Program-made: the position numbers and the translations under genes
DNA from: a virus
Taxonomy: Duplodnaviria > Caudoviricetes
Virus record (IMG/VR): IMGVR_UViG_3300049828_000433
Coordinates: 1 to 31,967 of that record
Length of the DNA: 31,967 nt
Strand: one strand, 5' to 3'
Shown: positions 1 to 7,326 of the stretch, piece by piece
How the letters are laid out: every line of letters starts with the position of its first letter
Numbering within the stretch: the first letter of the stretch is position 1
The notes under the pieces: generated by a model
What the model was told of the DNA's origin: nothing
Database searches by the model: none
Seen by the model: the letters and a program-made list of their open reading frames with translations, nothing else

Positions 1-69
1 CGTTTTGACCGCGCAAAAAAATATTATTTCATTGGAAAAATGGACTGGCGGCCAATTATGACAAAAGCA

Positions 70-98
70 TTGACATAACCGCCGCAGCCCGGCAAAAT
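70..98 (+). promoter_or_regulatory. Sigma70-type promoter for the replication operon
   Basis: TTGACA (70-75), 17-nt spacer, CAAAAT (93-98). Confidence 0.6.
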
Positions 99-137
99 AA
101 AAAAAGGCCCGGCAACTTATAGGGAGTTGCCGGGCCT
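94..137 (-). terminator. Intrinsic terminator on minus strand
   Basis: Perfect 13-bp inverted repeat AGGCCCGGCAACT/AGTTGCCGGGCCT (105-117/125-137); A-run at 94-105 gives a U-tail on the minus strand. Confidence 0.75.
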
Positions 138-165
138 GAAGCCGGATGATGGCTATGGAAGAACC
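96..165 (-). ncRNA. Candidate ~70-nt countertranscript (antisense) RNA to the helicase leader
   Basis: Bounded by the minus-strand promoter at 172-200 and the terminator at 94-137; ends approximate. Confidence 0.5.
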
Positions 166-171
166 ATTCAT

Positions 172-200
172 AGCATACCAAAAAACAGGTGGATGCGCAA
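172..200 (-). promoter_or_regulatory. Leftward sigma70-type promoter (antisense RNA)
   Basis: Minus strand TTGCGC (200-195), 17-nt spacer, TATGCT (177-172) preceded by TGG (extended -10). Confidence 0.55.
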
Positions 201-251
201 TGCTAAACCTGCCTTTCTCCGGCCATTTTCCTATTTTTCTGAGGATCAAAA

Positions 252-2060
252 ATGGCAAAAATGGCAAATCACTGGTCGTTTGAAGATGTAGAGTATCTCC
301 TTACTCTCCCTTCTCAATTGCGAGCCGCTTTTTTTTGTGTAAAAAAGCTAACGGTAACGCATAATTACAGCATAGCCGCTGACTTCCTGCTGCATCAAAA
401 CTTTGCCCCGCATCAACTTGGAGCTGTCAAGGAGCTGATCCGCGTCAAGCTCAAGGTGCCAAAGTCGGAACAAGCAGAGATACTTGCGACTTTGGCTGCG
501 GCTCCTGCCCCGGAAGTACCCGACCCAGTCCAAAAACCGGCGGAGGAAAATCCGCTTGAAGAAAAATTGCGGTGTGGAAAATTCGTGACATGGCACGAAA
601 ACTCCAAGGGGGAGGTGATATACCGCCAAAAAAATCACTCAGAAATCGCTGCGCTGCTGGCGGAAGAACTGCAAGGCCGCATCGCTTACGACCATCAGCG
701 CGGCGAATGGCCAATTTTCAACGGCCACGTCTGGCTGCCCGGCAAGCCCGGAAGTGACAGTGAAGCCATGAGCGCAATTTTCGCGCGCGAATCTTGGCCC
801 GGAGGATACTCTGACAGCTGTTACAAAGGCAGCATCAACGTGCTGGTGGCAAGCAATCGCCTCAAAATGCCGGAGGAAAAACAAGGCATAATCCCGTTCC
901 AAAATGGCATCCTTGAAATTTTCAGTGGAAAACTGCTGCCTTTGATACCGGAGACCGCACAGAGGTGGTGCCTTCCCTATGAGTACAGCGAGACCGCAGG
1001 ATGTCCTGTATTTAAACAATGGCTGAAAAGCCTATTCATAAAAAACAAGGATGCTGATGATATTGTCAATGTGATACGATGTTTCATTAACGCCTGCATC
1101 ACTCGCAAGTCACACCTGCAAATATTTCTGCATTTGCAGGGATTACCCGGCTCAGGAAAGTCAACTCTGGCGAGAGTCATTGAACATTTATTTTCAGATG
1201 AGGCCGTTGTCAACACAAGTCTGAAAATTCTCGAAGAAGACAAATTCGAGAAGACGAAACTTGAAGGTGCTGACAAGTGCCTGCTCGTTCTGTCAGAGAC
1301 AACAAGATTTAATAAGTCATCGCATTATCAGATACTCAAATCAATCACCGGCAGAGATTCTTTTTCAGCTGGCGACAAGTATGACAAGGTGCGGAAGGCA
1401 ATGAAGTTCACCTTCAAGGGCGGCGTGATCATGACTTCAAATCCCGGATTTTCGTGGCCAGCCGATGATGCTGGTGCGCTGGCCCGCCGCGCCCGGATCA
1501 TTGAGTTCAACCAGCGGCTATCCCCAGCGCAGCAGTCCGCATTTTTGGCAGATGGTGGCGAGGATAAACTCTTCGCCGAGGCTGCTGGCATTGTCAACTG
1601 GGCCTTGGAGCTGGATGACAAGGTGGTCAACAACACCCTGATCAATCCGCCAGAGGTCATCACGCTTGCTGTCCGCCGCGCAGAGTTCGCAGGAAGCCCT
1701 CTTTCCGGCTTCATTTTTTCCCGCATAGTGCTGGCTCCCGGTGTCAAGACCCTCCTCGGCGGAGGAGAGACAAAAATGGAACACGGTAAAATTCTGTTTG
1801 AAAAGGTTGAAGACGAAGAGACCATGCTGCTGCCAGCTTACCTGCGTTATTGCGCTGTCAATCGCCAAGACCCGCGACTCGACCTGAACACGTTCAGCAC
1901 TAATCTGATCGAAACGGCTAACCGGCTTTTCGAGGTTGAACACATCAGGAGAGTTCGGATTGGTCGAGGCCAGACGGTAGAAGGAATCAGGCTTGCAACT
2001 GAAAACGACATGAAAACAAGGGCTAACATGCTCAAAGATGGAGGCGATTATGAGGAATAA
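252..2060 (+). CDS. P4/D5-like superfamily 3 replicative helicase (no obvious primase domain)
   Basis: D5_N-like IPFQNG-LEI...LPYEY; Walker A GLPGSGKST; Walker B-like LLVLSE; LKSITGRD; motif C VIMTSN; arginine finger region ALARRA; SD-like GAGG upstream. Confidence 0.9.
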   Translation: MAKMANHWSFEDVEYLLTLPSQLRAAFFCVKKLTVTHNYSIAADFLLHQNFAPHQLGAVKELIRVKLKVPKSEQAEILATLAAAPAPEVPDPVQKPAEENPLEEKLRCGKFVTWHENSKGEVIYRQKNHSEIAALLAEELQGRIAYDHQRGEWPIFNGHVWLPGKPGSDSEAMSAIFARESWPGGYSDSCYKGSINVLVASNRLKMPEEKQGIIPFQNGILEIFSGKLLPLIPETAQRWCLPYEYSETAGCPVFKQWLKSLFIKNKDADDIVNVIRCFINACITRKSHLQIFLHLQGLPGSGKSTLARVIEHLFSDEAVVNTSLKILEEDKFEKTKLEGADKCLLVLSETTRFNKSSHYQILKSITGRDSFSAGDKYDKVRKAMKFTFKGGVIMTSNPGFSWPADDAGALARRARIIEFNQRLSPAQQSAFLADGGEDKLFAEAAGIVNWALELDDKVVNNTLINPPEVITLAVRRAEFAGSPLSGFIFSRIVLAPGVKTLLGGGETKMEHGKILFEKVEDEETMLLPAYLRYCAVNRQDPRLDLNTFSTNLIETANRLFEVEHIRRVRIGRGQTVEGIRLATENDMKTRANMLKDGGDYEE

Positions 2061-2062
2061 TC

Positions 2063-2312
2063 AGTGCAGGGTAGTGCAGGGTAGTGTATCCCCCATACAC
2101 TATTTTTCTTTAATTATATCATCTATATATAGAGGTGGTGTAGGGTATGTAGGGTATATTCGCATCGCACATATGCGCACACGCACACGCACACGCACAT
2201 GGATAAAAAATATCCATTTTACCCTACACGCCCTACACTTGATTAAAATCTCTAATATCACTGCAAGGTTATGTAGTGCATCCCCCCTGCACCGCCCTAC
2301 ACGGCCCATGCA
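2063..2312. repeat. Iteron array, probable replication origin
   Basis: (G/A)TGYAGGG on + within 2063-2082 (x2) and 2138-2155 (x2); inverted copies within 2221-2238 (x2), 2285-2292 and 2294-2302; AT-rich 2101-2133; (CGCACA)x4 at 2176-2199. Confidence 0.75.
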
Positions 2313-2330
2313 CAGACCCGGAGCGCAACC

Positions 2331-4088
2331 ATGACCCACCTCTTCAACCTCCACGCCGACGCAGGCTACAAATCTATCTCTGTCGGTTCTTCTCGTCGCG
2401 ACGGAGCCTGCCCGTTCTGCGCCTCAGACCGTGCGTTTCAGATTCTTCTGACGGCAAAAAGCTCAAAATGTCAAGAGCTTGGATTTTATCACTGCTGGGC
2501 CTGCAACAAAAAAGGCGACGCAATCACATGGCAGATGGAGGTCAACAAACTCCCCTACCGCGCCGCTGCCGAAGCCTGCGGAGTGGAACTCGAAGACAGC
2601 CAGCAGCCCGGCAAGCCGCGCCGTAAACGCCCTGTTCCTGGCCTGCCGCCGCTGCCCTCCACGTCCCCCGCGTCCGCAGCTTGGCATCCGCAGCCGGACG
2701 CTTGGCCTGAGTACGTCTCTCGCCCGGAGGCGTGGATTGAACATGCTGAAAAGCTGATCTCCTCCTGCCACGATGCCCTGCTCGCCCGGCCATCCGCCTT
2801 GACGTGGCTGGCCCAGCGCGGCGTGACCTTGGAGCTGATCAAGCAGCACCGCCTTGGCATCCACCTCGGCGAGCGCGTGCGCGGCGAGGACTACCAGCCC
2901 TCCTACCGCATGGCCTCAGCGTGGGGCATGGATGATCTCGGCGACGGCGGCAAGCAGAGCAAGATCATCATCCCTGCCGGGATTGTCATCCCCTGCTTCA
3001 CCCGGCGCGGCGAGCTGCGCCGGGTGAACATCCGCACCATGCGCGGCGAGCCAAAGTATCGTGTCATCAAGGGCAGCCAGCCGTTCACGGTCGCGCAGAC
3101 CGTGCTCAATCCGGGCCATGACGCGGCCATTATCCTTGAGACTGAGCTGGACGGCCTCGCCCTCTCCGGCCTCCTGCCGGACATCACGATCATCCCGATG
3201 GGGTCCGCGACAGGTCGCCCCGGCGCGGAAGTCAACAAGGAGCTGCGCCACAAGAGCCTGATCCTGCTGGCCCTTGACCGCGACGCGGCAGGAGTCAATG
3301 GTGTTGATTGGTGGCTGGAGCATTACCGGCAGGCGCAGCCGTGGTGCTGTCCGACTGGCAGTTTTTGGATTCACCCGTCCAGCCGCCGCGACGGAGACGA
3401 TCACGGCAAACTGTGGAAGGACACCGGCGACACGATCAAGGCGGGCTGTGATCAGCGGGCGTGGGCCGCCGAAGGCATCGCTCTCTATGCAGCTCATGCT
3501 CCATCACCGGCAAAAGATGATTTTCTTCCGCAAAAAAAAGGAGCGCAGCTTACGGGCGAGGGGGAGGCCGGAAAAATTGATGCTGCTGAACTGCTGGCGT
3601 TTTGTATCCTCTGGCCGGATTACTCCGCCAAACTGCTCACTGCTGATGCCGTCAAAAACGATCAGGATGCCGTAAAAATCTGCGAGCTGCTGTCCACCAA
3701 TGGTGGACAGTCTGAATTGCTGCTCGGCGCAACAGAGGGGCGTTTGCGTGATTCTGTGCAGCATGTGCTGCGACAGGGCGGCGGAGCATGGCAGTGGTTA
3801 GATGACCCGCAGCCGTTCCTTGCCCGGCTTTTCCCGGTTCAATCCGCGCTCCCGGATGCGCCGCCAGCCGTGCTCCGCCTTGGCGAGCTGCTGCACAAGC
3901 GCGGCGCGGTCTTGGTCAAGCGGGACTGGCTCTGCTCGCCGGATTTCGGCGCGGCGCGTGGAGCGTGGACTGAATCAGAACGCGAAGAGTTTGCCGCGCT
4001 GCTGCAAGATGAGGACGTGGTTGGATATTTTGATCAGCTCCCGGATGGAAAATACACCGGCGAGGAGCTGGCAGGAGGTGGCAAATGA
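2331..4088 (+). CDS. DnaG-like primase (Zn-binding domain + Toprim) with long C-terminal extension
   Basis: CPFC...YHCWAC..KGDAI zinc motif; WLAQRGV; IVIP; PKY; Toprim ILETELDGLAL and LALDRDAAG. Confidence 0.88.
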   Translation: MTHLFNLHADAGYKSISVGSSRRDGACPFCASDRAFQILLTAKSSKCQELGFYHCWACNKKGDAITWQMEVNKLPYRAAAEACGVELEDSQQPGKPRRKRPVPGLPPLPSTSPASAAWHPQPDAWPEYVSRPEAWIEHAEKLISSCHDALLARPSALTWLAQRGVTLELIKQHRLGIHLGERVRGEDYQPSYRMASAWGMDDLGDGGKQSKIIIPAGIVIPCFTRRGELRRVNIRTMRGEPKYRVIKGSQPFTVAQTVLNPGHDAAIILETELDGLALSGLLPDITIIPMGSATGRPGAEVNKELRHKSLILLALDRDAAGVNGVDWWLEHYRQAQPWCCPTGSFWIHPSSRRDGDDHGKLWKDTGDTIKAGCDQRAWAAEGIALYAAHAPSPAKDDFLPQKKGAQLTGEGEAGKIDAAELLAFCILWPDYSAKLLTADAVKNDQDAVKICELLSTNGGQSELLLGATEGRLRDSVQHVLRQGGGAWQWLDDPQPFLARLFPVQSALPDAPPAVLRLGELLHKRGAVLVKRDWLCSPDFGAARGAWTESEREEFAALLQDEDVVGYFDQLPDGKYTGEELAGGGK

Positions 4089-4348
4089 CAGAAATAGACA
4101 TGGCCAGCGGCCAGCGATACCGCCGCAACGTGCTGGGGAAGCAGCGGTACATCTGTGTTTTCCCACAAAAAAAAGAGGTCTTCGTTTCCGGCGAGGCGTT
4201 GACCGGAAACGAAGACCTGCTTGCCCGCCTGATCAGCAAGCTGTGGCAGGCGGAGGGCGCGGCGGAATGCCTTGATCAGCTCGCCCGCTCATCGCAGCAG
4301 AGCGATGACCTCGCCGGTGTGCTGCACAGCCTGCTGCTTCATCAATAA
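4085..4348 (+). CDS. Hypothetical protein
   Basis: ATGA overlap with primase stop; GGAGG SD. Confidence 0.7.
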   Translation: MTEIDMASGQRYRRNVLGKQRYICVFPQKKEVFVSGEALTGNEDLLARLISKLWQAEGAAECLDQLARSSQQSDDLAGVLHSLLLHQ

Positions 4349-4379
4349 AAAAAGGCCACTGGATTGCTCCAGCGGCCTT
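4347..4379 (-). terminator. Intrinsic terminator of leftward cluster (possibly bidirectional)
   Basis: 12-bp stem 4352-4363/4368-4379 with a G-U pair on the minus strand, then a 7-U tail; lies between convergent genes. Confidence 0.75.
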
Positions 4380-4404
4380 ATTAGAGAACTTACATCATAT
4401 AAGG

Positions 4405-4650
4405 CTAATCAAGCCTGATGGTGCTTTTTTTGAGCACGCCTCCGCATACAACGCCAGTTACGCGATGGTTGCTTGGGCTAACTGCTTCAAAGGAATCGTG
4501 ATATGTATCTTTTTCATCACAGCCAAAAAAAACATATCCGTTCATTTTTACATCTTTATAACCGTTATTCTCAAGAGTCCTCCGGGCCTGATCTTCCCGT
4601 GTGCAACCTGCTAAAAGCAACATTGCAATTACTAAAACATATAGCTTCAT
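4405..4650 (-). CDS. Small predicted lipoprotein
   Basis: MKLYVLVIAMLLLAGC: basic N-terminus, hydrophobic core, LAGC lipobox; AAGGA SD. Confidence 0.85.
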   Translation of the reverse strand: MKLYVLVIAMLLLAGCTREDQARRTLENNGYKDVKMNGYVFFGCDEKDTYHDSFEAVSPSNHRVTGVVCGGVLKKSTIRLD

Positions 4651-4702
4651 TTCCTTCTCCCTGTTCGTTTATCGGCACGGCCCATCCGCGCCGGGGTGCT
4701 GC

Positions 4703-4903
4703 CTACAGATGCTCCTCTTCCCAGCGGCCCTTTTTCAGCGCGGCCAGCGGCACCCTTGGCCCAAGGCCAAGATCAACAAAGTTCGCTTTGCCGCCTACCT
4801 TCCCGCGCTTGTCCGCGTTGGTGCAGTCGCGGGAGCAGTACATCCCGGCTGCGGCTCCCGGCTGCGGATCAAACGACAGGCCGCACTTTCTGCATCTTGC
4901 CAT
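4703..4903 (-). CDS. Small Zn-finger-like protein
   Basis: CRKC...YCSRDC; GGAG SD 7 nt upstream. Confidence 0.65.
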   Translation of the reverse strand: MARCRKCGLSFDPQPGAAAGMYCSRDCTNADKRGKVGGKANFVDLGLGPRVPLAALKKGRWEEEHL

Positions 4904-5033
4904 TGCACTTCTCCAGTTTTTGCCTATAGATTTCCTCCAGCTCCTTCACGTCCGCTGGAGACAGTTTGCTGATCCGTCTGCTGACTCTGAGCTTCCACGA
5001 CCAGGGCTGCATGTCAGTGTTTTTGGTGGCCAT
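4869..5033 (-). CDS. Hypothetical small protein (start uncertain)
   Basis: 3' part of ORF 4869..5228 fills the gap between neighbours; GGAGG only 2 nt before ATG 5033. Confidence 0.4.
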   Translation of the reverse strand: MATKNTDMQPWSWKLRVSRRISKLSPADVKELEEIYRQKLEKCNGKMQKVRPVV

Positions 5034-5067
5034 TTCCTCCAGCAGTTCTGCAAGCGGACCGGTGTGC

Positions 5068-5466
5068 TCATTGTTCAGCGGCGCGTGGCTGGCTGGCTGG
5101 CTCTGCTCCGGCTGCGTCCAAGTCCCACAAAAAAGGGGCCTTTGCGTCCATCTCTGCCCACAGCTCTTCATTTTGCTCATCTGCATCCCCATAGTTGTAC
5201 AGCATGTTGCATTGCCTGCCGGTCTCACAGCGTCGGCTCAAATGGCCGAACATTCTGCGGGCTGCCGCTTCCGCCGTCCAGCTTATCCACCTGACCGCCA
5301 CCATCGCGCAAAACTTGACCCGCCAGTAGTAGCACCTCAGCGCGATCCTCGCGCAACTCGGCGACTGCTCCGCCACGGCTCGGCGGGTTTCCCCTGTCTT
5401 TTCGTTCCTGCACACCCACCGCTGCTTGCCCTTCGGCCTCCTACTGCACGTCCCGCATGTAAGCAT
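5068..5466 (-). CDS. Hypothetical Cys-rich protein
   Basis: AAAGGAGG SD before MLTCGTC at 5466; CxxC plus further Cys; acidic C-terminus. Confidence 0.6.
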   Translation of the reverse strand: MLTCGTCSRRPKGKQRWVCRNEKTGETRRAVAEQSPSCARIALRCYYWRVKFCAMVAVRWISWTAEAAARRMFGHLSRRCETGRQCNMLYNYGDADEQNEELWAEMDAKAPFLWDLDAAGAEPASQPRAAEQ

Positions 5467-5818
5467 GATTTGCCCTCCTTTCAAATTGTTTTCCGGTGAT
5501 TATCGCCATCTTACGGCTCAGATATTCGGCGGCAACTATCTCTCCAAGCTCCCGGCAAAGCATCCATGCTTCTTGATAGCACGCCATTGCCAGTTCCAAA
5601 TTTTCGTTGCGGCTGAAACACAGCCCAGCGCGGCCCAATGCTTTGGCCCGCCGCTCTGTCTGACCCGGAAGGTGGCCAAGCTGCCGGGCCGCGTTGACGT
5701 AGCAGCACGCTGCACCCTTCCAGTTCACCGCCCGCTCCTCGCGCCGGCCACGGGCGATGAACTCTTTGCCGCTGTCCAGCAGTCTGGCGGCCACGCAGCC
5801 CTCAATCAGCTCTTGCAT
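5441..5818 (-). CDS. TPR-like helical repeat protein
   Basis: AKALGRAGLCF...LELAMACYQEAW..CRELG matches the TPR pattern; GGAGG SD. Confidence 0.65.
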   Translation of the reverse strand: MQELIEGCVAARLLDSGKEFIARGRREERAVNWKGAACCYVNAARQLGHLPGQTERRAKALGRAGLCFSRNENLELAMACYQEAWMLCRELGEIVAAEYLSRKMAIITGKQFERRANHAYMRDVQ

Positions 5819-6204
5819 CTGTTCCCTCCGTTTTGTTTTCCCGCCCTGCGGCCCAGTGCCGCCTTGACCTGCTCTGCCGGTGCGCCCATCGGCTCGATGG
5901 TCGTCTTGACAATCACTCCGTCAACCGCCGGGCAGCGGTGGATAACCGCCACGCCGCCGCCATGCTTGGATGGCATCAGGCGCATCCTGCCGCCGCAGCG
6001 CAGGCATCGCTCCCACGCTGGGTAACGAGGAATCTCAGCGATCATCTGCTTGACTTTGCCTGCAATCCGTTGCGAGACCTGCTTTTCGCTTTTTTCGGAC
6101 AGCATTTTTTTAAGCCAGCTCTCCGTGATGCCGAGCTTTTCCGCAGTCTGCGCGATGGTGAGGCCGAGTGCCTTCACTGCCGCTTTTAGTTCTGTTTTAT
6201 TCAT
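5806..6204 (-). CDS. XRE/Cro-like HTH regulator with C-terminal Zn-ribbon-like motif
   Basis: LKAAVKALGLTIAQTAEKLGITESWLKKM HTH; CLRCGG...HRC. Confidence 0.8.
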   Translation of the reverse strand: MNKTELKAAVKALGLTIAQTAEKLGITESWLKKMLSEKSEKQVSQRIAGKVKQMIAEIPRYPAWERCLRCGGRMRLMPSKHGGGVAVIHRCPAVDGVIVKTTIEPMGAPAEQVKAALGRRAGKQNGGNRCKS

Positions 6205-6317
6205 ATCATCGCATTCACGAAAAACTGTTCATCCCGTGTTTCTGTTGATATTAGTTCAGGTTCTTCCGGCCCATATCGGGCCGGAAGATCACGCTTCCGA
6301 TATGGATGGTTGTTTTA

Positions 6318-6557
6318 TTACCATCCGAGCAGCCACTTTGCTTCGCCTAAAAAACCATCTCTTTGCGATTCCGTATTAAATTCCAAGATGATGGTATTAT
6401 TGTTTGTCAGGTCAATCAATAATGCTGGACCTTTTTTGTATTCAGGAAGACACCCCCTCTTGCGCAATGCAAGTATACATTCACGCCTGACTAAATCCCC
6501 ATTCGGAAGAATCATAGTATTCATCTTGATGTTTTTTTTGCGTTGCCTGCTATTCAT
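6318..6557 (-). CDS. Hypothetical protein, first gene of leftward cluster
   Basis: AAGGAG SD upstream; downstream of the promoter at 6624-6652. Confidence 0.7.
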   Translation of the reverse strand: MNSRQRKKNIKMNTMILPNGDLVRRECILALRKRGCLPEYKKGPALLIDLTNNNTIILEFNTESQRDGFLGEAKWLLGW

Positions 6558-6623
6558 CTATTTCTCCTTGTTAAAACGCTGGCTATTTTTCTGCGGCCCT
6601 ATGCCGCGCACCATCTGCTGCTG

Positions 6624-6652
6624 AATATAATCCATGTAGGTGTACTTTGCAA
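6624..6652 (-). promoter_or_regulatory. Leftward sigma70-type promoter
   Basis: Minus strand TTGCAA (6652-6647), 17 nt, TATATT (6629-6624). Confidence 0.65.
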
Positions 6653-6669
6653 GATTAAAAAGTACACCT
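6638..6669. promoter_or_regulatory. Perfect 11-bp inverted repeat (operator or packaging-site element)
   Basis: AGGTGTACTTT-N10-AAAGTACACCT; extra half-site AAAAGTACA at 6706-6714. Confidence 0.6.
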
Positions 6670-6723
6670 GCGCCGTTTTTTTTCACCTTGATTTTTTTCT
6701 CCAGCAAAAGTACATATATAGAC

Positions 6724-7326
6724 ATGGACACCAAAAAGAAAATCGAAGCGATACCGCCGCAGCGGACTCGAAAAGAACTGTGGGAGCAGCTTGTTTCGGC
6801 GGGCTGTAATATTGGCGACTCTACTTTTTATAGTAAATGTAAAGGCTTCCAGCCGCTTGCGAAGGCAGGCCCGGACAGGTTGTGGCGGCTGGATATGGCC
6901 GTCGCCAAGACCATCCTTAAAGACCACTCCGGCAACCTGATCTTCGGCGACAGCGAAACAACAGCAACGTGGGCGCAGCGCAAGTTGCAAGCGGATGTTA
7001 GGCGAAAAGAGGCTCTCGCCAATGAAGCCGAGCGGCTGGAGAAGGAAGCGCAGGGCAAGGTCATCCCTGCTGAGGAATTCGAGAGGAAGTTACTCACGCT
7101 CATCTGCGCGTTGCAGCTCCGCATCAACGATGCAGTGGATACGGCAGCCCCTGCGCAGGTCACGCTGGTTGGCGGTCAGCCAGCCCGCGCTCATGCCCTT
7201 GCCGCTGACCTCAAGCAGCTTGTCCGCCGCGCCATTGCCGGGCTTCTGGCCGACGGCCCGCTCCGCGTGACCATCGACCCTGTTCAACCCGCGCTCCCGC
7301 CGCAAGATGACAAAGCCCATCCTTGA
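6724..7326 (+). CDS. terS: Terminase small subunit, Nu1-like
   Basis: Overlaps terL start; N-terminal HTH-like segment; coiled coil RKLQADVRRKEALANEAERLE..GKVIPAEE; start placed at ATG 6724. Confidence 0.8.
   Translation: MDTKKKIEAIPPQRTRKELWEQLVSAGCNIGDSTFYSKCKGFQPLAKAGPDRLWRLDMAVAKTILKDHSGNLIFGDSETTATWAQRKLQADVRRKEALANEAERLEKEAQGKVIPAEEFERKLLTLICALQLRINDAVDTAAPAQVTLVGGQPARAHALAADLKQLVRRAIAGLLADGPLRVTIDPVQPALPPQDDKAHP

Noticed and set aside
2038-2354. ORFs 2038..2334 (+) and 2100..2354 (-)
   Set aside because: Low-complexity translations (RTRTRT, VRVRVR) of origin repeats
4503-6025. Long + strand ORFs 4503..5294, 4966..5499, 5426..6025
   Set aside because: Shadows of SD-led minus-strand genes; no recognisable motifs
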